A stretch of 63,424 nt of DNA, counting the filler, from Octopus bimaculoides (Eukaryota), in assembly GCF_001194135.2 (NCBI RefSeq). It is 5 parts of 5 records of this genome, joined end to end, with 100 filler letters (N's around TTAATTAATTAA, not from the genome) between each part and the next. Parts side by side here need not be neighbours in the genome. Positions count along the whole stretch, not along the records: positions 28,440 to 58,967 come from NC_068998.1; positions 59,068 to 60,684 come from NC_068988.1; positions 60,785 to 62,149 come from NW_026356517.1; positions 62,250 to 63,424 come from NW_026431728.1; 1 more part is not named here. One strand, written 5' to 3'. Under the pieces are notes generated by a model. It saw only the letters and a program-made list of their open reading frames with translations, searched no databases and was not told the origin of the DNA. Made by a program: the position numbers and the translations under genes. Below, in pieces: positions 51,720 to 63,082 of this stretch. The number at the start of each line of letters is the position of its first letter. The first letter of the stretch is position 1.

Positions 51720-51900
51720 ACTGCTACTTTATTTTATCGACCCTGAGTGGATGAAGGGAAAAAGTTGACTTCTGTATTATTTACTCTCTGAACATAAACG
51801 GCGTATTCGACCTCAGTGGAGTTTGAACTCAGAATGTTAAGACGGACGAAGTGACGCTAAGCATTTTGCCCTTCGCGGTATCGATTCTGCTAGCTCACCA
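51720..51900 (-). mobile_element. Meta/MESC-like tRNA-derived SINE, 5' part
   Basis: The minus strand reads GGTGAGCTAGCAGAATCG..CTGAGTTCAAACTCC..GAGGTCGA..CTTCATCCACTCAGGGTCGATAAAATAAAGTAGCAG. Confidence 0.7.
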
Positions 51901-54130
51901 CTTTTTTCATACAATTAATATATTAGAATATTAGTCATATGTTTGAGTATAGTAGGCAGTATTATGAATAGTCATCAATTTTCTAAAGTGCTTCTCCTAT
52001 CTGAATCTGTTATTTTGTATACTGGCAACGCAAGTCCCGGGTAGACATCTTTTAATTTTTATTTTGTAAATTTGTTGTAGTGTTCATATATATGAAGGAA
52101 ATATTGAATTTGATCAAAGTAGGAAAATTTCAAGGAAACAATAACCAAAATGACATACGAACACTGCGTGACAGAAAATATACACTTAGCCAGAAATTGA
52201 TAGGAAACATCTAGAAGTGACATTTGTCAAATTCAGAAGATTACGGTATTTATAAAAGTTTGTGAGAAACATATGTTGTGATATCAGTTAAGAAAATGAA
52301 CTCAGACAACTCGTATCGGAATTTTGATTAGAATTAACTGAAATTTATATATACATAGGAAATGCTACATCAAACAGAAAATGTATTTTTTTAAATTTAA
52401 TTTATCTATTATTATTATTATCATTATTATTATTTATTTACTTTATTATGCTGCGTATGTGGTTGTAGAGAGTGACATTAACAAGTTATATCTCCGTAAA
52501 AGATTGATGGAAAGTATATTGCCAACAAATTTTAAAGATATGTATATGTGCGAGCGAGTATGTGTATGTGTGTGTGTGTGTGTGTTTACGTGCGTGTGTG
52601 TGTATATAATAAAATATAGCATTCAATATACATATATCTATTTATCTATCTATCTACCTATCTATCTTATATATATNNNNNNNNNNNNNNNNNNNNNNNN
52701 NNNNNNNNNNNNNNNNNNNNNNNNNNNNNNNNNNNNNNNNNNNNNNNNNNNNNNNNNNNNNNNNNNNNNNNNNNNNNNNNNNNNNNNNNNNNNNNNNNNN
52801 NNNNNNNNNNNNNNNNNNNNNNNNNNNNNNNNNNNNNNNNNNNNNNNNNNNNNNNNNNNNNNNNNNNNNNNNNNNNNNNNNNNNNNNNNNNNNNNNNNNN
52901 NNNNNNNNNNNNNNNNNNNNNNNNNNNNNNNNNNNNNNNNNNNNNNNNNNNNNNNNNNNNNNNNNNNNTATATATATATACATATATATATAACATTTAA
53001 TATGTATATGTCGTACGCGTGCATGTATGTATGCACCTAGTTCAATTGAAAGTTAATCAAAGAGAAATCTAACCCATAAAATGATTGTTTTTAGAGTTAT
53101 GCGTGAACATGAAAGAGATTTTCTGAGGATTATGCGAATCAAAAATATTTGATTGTTTACAATCATTGAAGAAAGAAGAAATCCGACAAGATTGTCACAA
53201 AGTTTAAATCTTAACACTAAAATGTGTTCAAACGCTGGCTTGCAAATTTCCAAGAAATACTTTTCCATGAAGTAAATTTCTAACGAAAAATAATATTTCA
53301 GTAGTTGTTCTGTGATAAAGCATTTTTTCAGATCTGTTTTGTTTTCTTGTGCGCTATTTATTTCGTAGAGAAGCAAATTTCTTACATTATAAATGAATAA
53401 AGGTTAACCGTATTAACGAGTAAGAGGATTTTTAACCGTAAAGTGTTATGATATATTACGATGTTAAAGTCGATGTAGGTAAGCCGGTTTCGTGCTGTTT
53501 TCTGCCTCGAATTTCTGTTTATAATATCAATTTCCATAAAAACTAACAGCGGATATGGATTTACTTAGACTTGTGAATACTCATATAAGTTTAATATCAT
53601 GAATTATACATATTTCCGAGAAATTAATTTAGAAATTGCTAACACTAGTTATCAATCTAGTTATCAATGTTGATATACAGAGTATTTTTGTTTCCAAATC
53701 CCCCAGAAGGCCCTAGTTAAGATTCATAAGTATGCTGAGTATAAACAATTAAATATAGGACCTAAAAATATATATTTTGTTGTGCCTGAGGAGAGTTATA
53801 CTACCTTAATATCTAACACAATCACAGCTTCAATTTCCACTCATTTATTATTTATATTTTTTCTTCTCTTCCATAAGTTCCGTTGATTTAGCAACCTTGT
53901 CATTGGATGCTCAACACACGAATTCACAAAAAAGAATCTTGCAAGGTAGATACAAAAGCGAAGTAAAAGAAAAATATACAATTTTATTCTTAATATTTAT
54001 CTTGTTTTGTCATAAACCAATTTCCACCAAAATGTCGTTGAGCTTTAGATGTATCCAGTATTCATAGCTCTTCGTACTTGTATTTTTTAATCTTCAGATA
54101 AAGTTACTTCTTACTTACCCCTTGAACAGT

Positions 54131-54346
54131 GTCGATAAATTAAGTACCAGTTATGCACTGGAGTCGATGTAATCAAATGAATCCCTCTGCCTGTCCTTGT
54201 TTGTCGCCTCTATGTTTAGCCCCTTGTGGGCAATAAGGAAATAAGGAACGCTAGAACGCCGGGCGAAATGCTTATTGGCATTTCGTTTGTCTTTACGTTC
54301 TGAGTTCAAATTCCGCCGAGGTCGAATTTGCCTCTGATCCTTTCGG
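54131..54346 (+). mobile_element. Meta/MESC-like SINE in permuted order (3' half followed by 5' half)
   Basis: 54131-54247 is GTCGATAAATTAAGTACCAG through the tail AATAAGGAAATAA. 54248-54346 is the tRNA head through GCCTCTGATCCTTTCGG. Confidence 0.8.
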
Positions 54347-54783
54347 ACATTTTGTTTGAGTACTACATTATATATATCTATATATATATATATATATAAT
54401 GTAGTACTATATAATGGTGGATTTCTTGTTCATTATGTTTTACTAAAGAGACTACGCTTTGATTTGATGCCTGTTTGCTTGTTAAATCTGGAGAGTTGAG
54501 CGCCACTTAGTGCTCTCTTTTATGAAGTGTTACTGGATACATTAGATCAGTTATCTGCAGGTGCGTCACGAACAAAAAAACATTCGTTCAATTATGAAGC
54601 AAATTTCAAACTATTCTAAATTTGTACCGCCTAATTTTCATCAACATAAGTAGATGGAGAATTGATAAAGGTAACTGAAAATGAAACAAAGAATACAATT
54701 ACAAAAAAAAGACAAAGATAAAATAATTTTAAAGAAAATTATGGCAATTATCTAAACACTTGTCTTCGTCTACTAAAGACCAC

Positions 54784-54814
<31 letters not shown>

Positions 54815-55836
54815 TGTATGTATGTATGTATGTATNNNNNNNNNNNNNNNNNNNNNNNNNNNNNNNNNNNNNNNNNNNNNNNNNNNNNNNNNNNNNNNNN
54901 NNNNNNNNNNNNNNNNNNNNNNNNNNNNNNNNNNNNNNNNNNNNNNNNNNNNNNNNNNNNNNNNNNNNNNNNNNNNNNTATATATATGTATGTATATATA
55001 TATATATGTAACAATGTATCGTGTATAAATATATATTCACACGTGCGTGTGTGTGCATATATATATATATATATGAGTGTTTGCGCGTGTTCCTCTCTGT
55101 GTTTGTATATATATGAAAAATTTTCAAAACAGAAATAAACCAATAAATAGATTGCTTTGTCGAGATTAGCCTTTAGTAGTTTCAAACGATTGGTTATAAA
55201 AATAGATAGGTGAACGAGTTCGCATTAACTTGGAGCATCAACAATTACAGATATAAAACATAAAATAAAGAAATATTTCTGAAAGTGGAATTGGAACATT
55301 TAGTTCTTTAACTTTTATTAAATACTTTTCAAACCATTAAGATTTTGTTAGGAAAAATATCTTAAACTAATCAAAGTAGGCATTGCCTGAGGATTTTCAT
55401 TAAAAAAATTTTCGGTTACCAGCACAAGAAACTGATTACCATAACAAAAGTGAACAACACGCAAATGCAATACGTTAATAAGACAATACATGGAAACAGA
55501 ACAAAGAATGGTAGTGTCTAAATAGACAATGGGTTACGCTTGTAAACAAGAAGCAACGTTTATTAAACTGATACATAAATACACAAACACGCACATACGA
55601 ACACAAGCACATACATGCACTTAATATTTTCGTCGCTGTCTTAAAGTTCTTACACTGACTGACACCCAGTCATATAACTGTGTATGTACGCGTATTGTGT
55701 GAATGCGTGTGTGTTTGTGTGTAAGTGTTTGTGTAGATATTGATGGGTAGGTAGAGAGATATAATTGCTGTTATACACATACATGGATGTATATATATAT
55801 TTATATATACGTACATATTCATACATGTATGTATAT

Positions 55837-56222
55837 GTTGTTGTTGGCACTCCGTCGCTTACGACTTCGAGGGTCCAAGTTGATCCGATCAACGGAACAG
55901 CCTGCTCATGAAATTAACATGCAAGTGGCTGAGCACTCCACAGACACGTGTACCCTTAACGTAGTTCTCGGGGATATTCAGCGTGACACAGTGTGACAAG
56001 GCTGACCCTTTGAATTACAGGCACAACAGAAACAGGAAGTAAGAGTGAGAGAAAGTTGTGGTGAAACAGTACAGCAGGGTTCGCCACCATCCCCTGCCGG
56101 AGCCTCGTGGAGCTTTAGGTGTTTTCGCTCAATAAACACTCACAACGCCCGGTCTGGGATTCGAAACCGAGTCCTATGACCGCGAGTCCGCTGCCCTAAC
56201 CACTGAGCCATTGCGCCTCCAC
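55837..56222 (-). mobile_element. Well-preserved full-length tRNA-derived SINE (possibly tRNA-Arg-related, OR-type) with (AAC)n tail
   Basis: Head GGAGGCGCAATGGCTCAGTGGTTAGGGC (A box) ...GGTTTCGAATCCC (B box). Tail ACGGAGTGCCAACAACAAC. Confidence 0.85.
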
Positions 56223-56847
56223 ATATATATACACGGAGANNNNNNNNNNNNNNNNNNNNNNNNNNNNNNNNNNNNNNNNNNNNNNNNNNNNNNNNNNNNN
56301 NNNNNNNNNNNNNNNNNNNNNNNNNNNNNNNNNNNNNNNNNNNNNNNNNNNNNNNNNNNNNNNNNNNNNNNNNNNNNNNNNNNNNNNNNNNNNNNNNNNN
56401 NNNNNNNNNNNNNNNNNNNNNNNNATATATGCATGTGTGTGTGTGTGTGTGTGTGTAGATAGATAGATAAATAGATAGATACGCTTATTTTTCAGCACAG
56501 ACATGCATATGTACATCTAGGAAGCATTCATTAGACCTATAATTATTTACAAATCAATAAATGTTTATTACATATTTCATATAATCATCATGCATATCCA
56601 TTCTCTTTTATACTCTATAACATTTCCCCTCCTCCTCTACCTTATCCATCCAGAACGTTCACTCTCCTAGTTTGTTTTTACGTTTTATTCCTGTTCATTT
56701 TCCTGTTTCTTCCATCCAACATATTGTATTAGACAATTTCTGTCTTACATTACAATTTGTAGGAAGTAATTGTTGAATTAGTTGTAGTTCATTCTGTTTA
56801 TCTACTTATAAAGCGAAGTACATGCGTCTCTGCCAATTAATGCAAAC

Positions 56848-56887
<40 letters not shown>

Positions 56888-58339
56888 GTTCATCTATGTA
56901 TTTATCTATCCTTCTGTGTGTATATATATGTAGAAGTGTGTGTATACATATATATACGTATATACATGTGCCTGGATATATATACATATATATGTGTTGT
57001 GTGTGCATATATGTATGTATACGTATATATATATATATATATATNNNNNNNNNNNNNNNNNNNNNNNNNNNNNNNNNNNNNNNNNNNNNNNNNNNNNNNN
57101 NNNNNNNNNNNNNNNNNNNNNNNNNNNNNNNNNNNNNNNNNNNNNNNNNNNNNNNNNNNNNNNNNNNNNNNNNNNNNNNNNNNNNNNNNNNNNNNNNNNN
57201 NNNNNNNNNNNNNNNNNNNNNNNNNNNNNNNNNNNNNNNNNNNNNNNNNNNNNNNNNNNNNNNNNNNNNNNNNNNNNNNNNNNNNNNNNNNNNNNNNNNN
57301 NNNNNNNNNNNNNNNNNNNNNNNNNNNNNNNNNNNNNNNNNNNNNNNNNNNNNNNNNNNNNNNNNNNNNNNNNNNNNNNNNNNNNNNNNNNNNNNNNNNN
57401 NNNNNNNNNNNNNNNNNNNNNNNNNNNNNNNNNNNNNNNNNNNNNNNNNNNNNNNNNNNNNNNNNNNNNNNNNNNNNNNNNNNNNNNNNNNNNNNNNNNN
57501 NNNNNNNNNNNNNNNNNNNNNNNNNNNNNNNNNNNNNNNNNNNNNNNNNNNNNNNNNNNNNNNNNNNNNNNNNNNNNNNNNNNNNNNNNNNNNNNNNNNN
57601 NNNNNNNNNNNNNNNNNNNNNNNNNNNNNNNNNNNNNNNNNNNNNNNNNNNNNNNNNNNNNNNNNNNNNNNNNNNNNNNNNNNNNNNNNNNNNNNNNNNN
57701 NNNNNNNNNNNNNNNNNNNNNNNNNNNNNNNNNNNNNNNNNNNNNNNNNNNNNNNNNNNNNNNNNNNNNNNNNNNNNNNNNNNNNNNNNNNNNNNNNNNN
57801 NNNNNNNNNNNNNNNNNNNNNNNNNNNNNNNNNNNNNNNNNNNNNNNNNNNNNNNNNNNNNNNNNNNNNNNNNNNNNNNNNNNNNNNNNNNNNNNNNNNN
57901 NNNNNNNNNNNNNNNNNNNNNNNNNNNNNNNNNNNNNNNNNNNNNNNNNNNNNNNNNNNNNNNNNNNNNNNNNNNNNNNNNNNNNNNNNNNNNNNNNNNN
58001 NNNNNNNNNATATATATATATATATATAAATACGTGTATGAATGTATGCAAGTATGTATACATTGCATGTGTTTGACAAATCCAAGCATAGCTTCAAGAT
58101 TTCGTAGAAAGAGAATGCATGTTGCCTTTTCAGAATTTTGTTATTTATCAGGAAAATGACTAAGAGAATCGTAAGGTGGGTGAGGAAGGAAAATAGCCAG
58201 AAATACAGACGAAGGGATGAAAAGCAGGTGGAAATACTCTTGTATACGCTTTTTGTTTGAGAACCTCTTGTGTCTTTTATTTTCGTGGCTCTAAATTCTG
58301 GTTCTACGAGTGTCAAAAATATTTATGCGTTTCTGATTC

Positions 58340-58950
58340 ATCGCGGCTTTTGGTACACATACGTATAGATTGGCGCATGAAAATTTCCCCCGGGTTGCGT
58401 TACGTAATATAAATTAAATACGGAAATAAGTGTTGGAAACGACTTACCATCAATGTAGATTTTTAAAAGGGTTTCCTGCCCTATCACTATTCAGCTACAG
58501 CTGTGAACGACAAGGTATATTTATGTACACCAGCATAAGCTAGTGGCAACGACCGCTCGCGAGATGTCCTTCAATTCCTCTGCTATGTACGGATTTCTTT
58601 CCATGTCCTTCAAGTGTTCCAAGAGATAATAATCACACTGAAGAGAACACATTCTCACACTCGCTTCCACAATCTCAAGTCTTTCTGTAACTGAGTTAGT
58701 CATCGTAAAGAAAAGACCAGAGATATGCACTCAGTGCTATCTTACAATCAACTAATGTGGCGGGGATGCGGTGAGGATAACGTAGCAAACTGTCGACTAG
58801 TGCGCCATCTTTGTTCAGCTGTTACAAACCGTGGAAATAATACAATGATGCTTGAAAACGAAAAGTGCGTGCTCTTTCGTGCGGGTAAATATATTGCAAT
58901 ATTTACACAGGGCTACAGAACCTGGGCTACATCTTCGAACGTCGCCCTGT
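58340..58950. promoter_or_regulatory. Possible (bidirectional) promoter in a CpG-rich patch
   Basis: CpG-rich, with a YY1-like GCGCCATCTT at 58802-58811. It has a + strand ATG at 58845 to GG|GTAAAT at 58884 and a - strand donor GATG|GTAAGT at 58448. Confidence 0.35.
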
Positions 58951-59067
58951 ATATACATATATATATANNNNNNNNNNNNNNNNNNNNNNNNNNNNNNNNN
59001 NNNNNNNNNNNTTAATTAATTAANNNNNNNNNNNNNNNNNNNNNNNNNNNNNNNNNNNNNNNNNNNN

Positions 59068-59214
59068 AGAAAAAGGAGGCAGTCAGAATTTTGAATAATT
59101 GTTTATTAGTGCTTTCATGCAATTTCATAGAAAGAATTTATTTTGAAAAATCCTCATGAATGGATGAAAACACTAATAAAGAATTATTCAAAATTCTGAC
59201 TACTTCCTTTTTCT
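59068..59214. repeat. Fold-back inverted repeat or MITE with arms of about 55-60 bp
   Basis: AGAAAAAGGAGGCAGTCAGAATTTTGAATAATTGTTTATTAGTGCTTTCAT pairs with ATGAAAACACTAATAAAGAATTATTCAAAATTCTGACTACTTCCTTTTTCT. The left end abuts a gap. Confidence 0.85.
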
Positions 59215-59269
59215 TAATATACAATGTCTGTACATCATTTTAAACACTCTATACATACATACATATATA

Positions 59270-59445
59270 TATATAGTTGAAATTTACAAAAAAACAAAAG
59301 ACGAAAACAGGTGTATAAACAACAAGCAGGTGTATTAGTTTGATGCTCGGGAGGGTGAGAAAGTCTTTTACATTTCGAGCCTACACTCTTCAACAGAAAG
59401 GAACATGAGGAAATAAACAGAAAGAGAATAAAAAGAGAGAAAAAA
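59270..59445 (-). mobile_element. Second copy of the 31020-31170 Penelope-type short element
   Basis: Shared AAAAGACGA..ACAGGTGT..AACAAGCA.GTGTAT.AGTTTGA. The minus-strand core is CTGTTGAAGAGTGTAGGCTCGAAAT. Confidence 0.6.
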
Positions 59446-59534
59446 AAATATATGTATATATGTATATGTGTATGTATATATATATTTATGTGTGTGTATT
59501 TGTCTGCATATATATATTCTCAACCACACACATG

Positions 59535-59870
59535 TGTGTGTGGTTGAGAAGCTTACTTTCCAGCCATGTGGTCTTGGGTTCAGTCTCACTGAATAGCACT
59601 TTGGGCAAGTGTCTTCTACTATAGCCCTGGACTGACTAGACCTATGTGAGTGGATTTTTTAGGAGGAAACTGAAAGAAGGTGATCATGTGTGTGTGTGTG
59701 TGTGCTTGTGTGTGTGTGTGTGTGTGTGTCTTGTCTTAATACTGTGTGATGGTTGCAAGCAAGTGTCACTGTCATTCAAGCAGTATCATTTGTTTCCCAG
59801 TCTTCATGGAAATGTTTCTGGCCAATGTGAACATGAAAAAAATGGACGTTAAGTGATGATGATGATGAGG
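59535..59870 (+). mobile_element. Decayed CORE-like tRNA SINE with a (GAT)n-type tail
   Basis: The head and CORE-like segment match 2771-2910 (GGGTTCAGTC, TTGGGCAAGTGTCTTCTACTATAGCC), but it ends in ATGGACGTTAAGTGATGATGATG. Confidence 0.7.
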
Positions 59871-59889
59871 GTGGGGGTGGGGAGGATTT

Positions 59890-59928
<39 letters not shown>

Positions 59929-60314
59929 CTATGTATCAATGTTCACATTGTCATTTAATTGGAGCATTTTATCTTTCTATGTTCATCTTGAGTAAGGAAA
60001 TAGAGGCTTATGCACGTGACACTTATCGGTTATGTCAGCTATTGAAGTCTGTCCATGCAGATGTTTATTCTTATTAGTAATATGATCAGCAACATGTTTT
60101 TCAAAGATCCTCATAACTCTGTTATCAGCCATGAATGCCATTATACATCTCCTTATTTCTCTAGAACACTGGACTCATTATAGATTTGTAGTTAATATGT
60201 CATGATAGCATATATTACTGGCAAGTCAGTGATATGAATATAAATGGAAAGATTTACTCTTTAATTTCACCAACAGCCTACTTACTTTACTCAATGATGT
60301 CAGGACTACACTAT

Positions 60315-60683
60315 CATCATCATCATCATCATCGTTTAACGTCCGCCTTCCATGCTAGCATGGGTTGGACGATTTGACTGAGGACTGGTGAAACCGGATG
60401 GCAACACCAGGCTCCAATCTAATTTGGCAGAGTTTCTACAGCTGGATGCCCTTCCTAACGCCAACCACTCAGAGAGTGTAGTGGGTGCTTTTACGTGTCA
60501 CCCGCACGAAAACGGCCACGCTCGAAATGGTGTCTTTTATGTGCCACCCACACAAGAGCCAGTCCAGGGGCACTGGCAACGATCCCGCTCGAAACATTTC
60601 ATGTGTCACCCGCACAAGGGCCAGTCCAGGGGCACTGGCAACAATCTCGCTCGAAAACCCTACAAAGGCCAGTCAGGCGGTAT
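60315..60683 (-). mobile_element. (GAT)n-tailed SINE-like element with internal units of about 62 bp
   Basis: Near-identical to 13913-14160 and 14902-15105. Confidence 0.85.
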
Positions 60684-60784
60684 ANNNNNNNNNNNNNNNN
60701 NNNNNNNNNNNNNNNNNNNNNNNNNNNNTTAATTAATTAANNNNNNNNNNNNNNNNNNNNNNNNNNNNNNNNNNNNNNNNNNNN

Positions 60785-62150
60785 AAAAGATTCCCTACAA
60801 TTCAACTTCTCTGGTTAACGTTAACACTCCCACCTCCAATAGGGGCCTTAACTCCCACATTTTTCAACTCCATGAGCTCCATTTTCAGGAGCAAAATCCT
60901 TTTTACAGTGTCCATAACACTGGAATTTTGGAATGTGCACATAAATATCAGTAGTATGGGATACATGTGTCATGATTAGAATTTGTTTAGGGTGTGTAAA
61001 GAAGGAAAGAACCCTCATATGCAATTTTGATGAAATTCGAATCATAGGGATAAAGAAGATGATGTCACACGTTATCAAGCCTACCATTCTTTCTTGATGT
61101 GGAAAAGGTGATGACGTCTTTATTCCAAGAATTCCTCTTATTCCATCAGGAACAGACATTCCTTTTACATTCAAAACACTGCAATTCCCGCTTTGTGTCA
61201 CTTTTGTCATGTCCATTAACAAATCTCAGGGTCAAACCCTCTCTGTGGCTGGTCTTCTCTTGGAAGAGCCCTGCTTTTCACATGGACAACTGTATGTTGG
61301 CTGCTCAAGAGTGGGAAGCAAAACAAACCTATTTGCATATGCTCCACAAGGAAAACCAAGGAATATTGTTTACAACGAGGTGTTCTAATCACAATGGCAA
61401 GAAAGTATGTACATGATCACCTTCTTTTTACCAAACTTCATTGACTTTCATATATTTATATTGATATACATATATATATATGTGTGTGTGTATATATCTA
61501 TATATATAAAGATGAGAATGTGTGTCTGTGTGAATCCCTAAAACTCAAGTACTACACAACCAATTTCATTCCAAATTTACACATGCCTTACTTAGGGTCC
61601 ATGTAGTGCCTTAGGCCAAAAAGATTTTTAACTTCTTGCATAATTCGAGCCCACAGCAATATCATATCTCCTCCACTATTTCAGTATTACGTGTCAAAAG
61701 TGAAACAATAACATCACTCTACTGTAATGTCAGATACTTTCACTTTAATACTGAAACTATTACACTATTTCACTATTACATGTCAAAAGTGAAACAATAA
61801 CATGCTGCTACTGTAATGTCAGATACTTTCACTTAAATACTTTCAAATTCATACTGAAACTATTAAAGTGAAACTATACTCTCACATATACACAGGCATA
61901 CTATAAGACCCAAGTTAATAACATTCCCAACAATTCAACTTCTCTGGTTGACATTAACACTCCCCCTCCCCAATACAGACCTTCATTCCCACATTTTAGA
62001 GCTCCATGAGCTCCATTTTGCATGAGCAAAGTCCTTTTTATAGGTTCCAAAAGACTGGAATTTTAGAATATGTGCATAAAGATCAATAGTATAGGATAAA
62101 TGTGTCATGATTAGAATTTTTTTAGGGTGTGTAAAGAGGGAAGGAACCCN
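60785..62150 (+). mobile_element. Two tandem non-autonomous Helitron-derived units
   Basis: A|TCTATATATATAAAGATG at 61497 is a Helitron-type 5' end. 60785-61015 is repeated (diverged) at 61925-62149. An internal direct repeat of about 85 bp lies at 61684 and 61773. Confidence 0.7.
61071..61388 (+). pseudogene. Helitron PIF1-like helicase, C-terminal fragment
   Basis: VIKPTILS*CGKGDDVFIPRIPLIPS..PFTFKTLQFPLCVTFVMSINKSQGQTLSVAGLLLEEPCFSHGQLYVGCSRVG...RNIVYNEVF* contains helicase motifs V/VI (TINKSQGQT, HGQLYVxxSR). Confidence 0.92.
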
Positions 62151-62385
62151 NNNNNNNNNNNNNNNNNNNNNNNNNNNNNNNNNNNNNNNNNNNTTAATTA
62201 ATTAANNNNNNNNNNNNNNNNNNNNNNNNNNNNNNNNNNNNNNNNNNNNATATATGCATATATCTTGTGTGCAAAGTTAGATGTACGACTACTACTGCAT
62301 GAGTTAGAGTTCAACGTAGATTATCATTATCCAGTCAGTTTCCAGTATGGAGAATTGTATACCACTATATTTAGTTGTGTTACAC

Positions 62386-63082
62386 GTATACCAGTGTTAC
62401 TAGGTATACCAGTGTTACTAGGTATACCAGTGGATATATCTGGTATACCAGTGCTACTAGGTGCGCCAGTGCATATATCTGGTATACCAGTGTTACTGTG
62501 TGTGCCAGCGTATATAACTGGTATACCAGCATAAATATCAAGTATACCAGTGTAACTAGGTATGCCAGAGTATATATCTGGTATACCAGTTTTACTGGGT
62601 ATCCCAGCGTATACAACAGATATACCAGTTTTACTGGCATGCCAGCGTATATGTATGGTATACCAATGCTCCTAGATATGTCAGAGTATATATCTGGTAT
62701 GCCAGTTTTACTGGATATTCCAGTGTATATATTTGGTATATCAGTGTTACTGTGTATGTCAGCGTATATATCTGGTATACCAGTGCTACAGGGTATGCCA
62801 GCGTATATATCTGGCATACCAGTTTTACTAGGTATATATCTGGTGTACTATTGTTACTGGGTATACCAGCGTATATATCTGGTATTCCAGTGTTAGGTGT
62901 GCCAGCATACATATCGGGTATTCCAGTGCTACAGGGTGCGCCAGCTTATATACTGGTATACAGGTGTTAATAGGTGCGACAGCGTATATATCTGGTATAC
63001 CAATGTTACTAGGTATGCCAGCATATATACCTAGTATACCAGCGTGTATAGCTGGTATACAAGTGTTACTGGTATACCAGAT
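62386..63082. repeat. 39-bp higher-order minisatellite (18+21 bp subunits) built on the palindrome CTGGTATACCAG, about 17-18 units
   Basis: Consensus TATATATCTGGTATACCAGTGTTACTAGGTATGCCAGCG. It starts with pure 18-bp repeats GTATACCAGTGTTACTAG. Confidence 0.92.

Noticed and set aside
55837-56222. tRNA-like cloverleaf heads (also at 2771 and 51900)
   Set aside because: They continue into SINE bodies and tails and lack a proper acceptor stem, so they are not tRNA genes.
28384-62205. Four TTAATTAATTAA palindromes
   Set aside because: Each is isolated between N-runs and has stops in all six frames. This is an assembly or scaffolding spacer, not biology.
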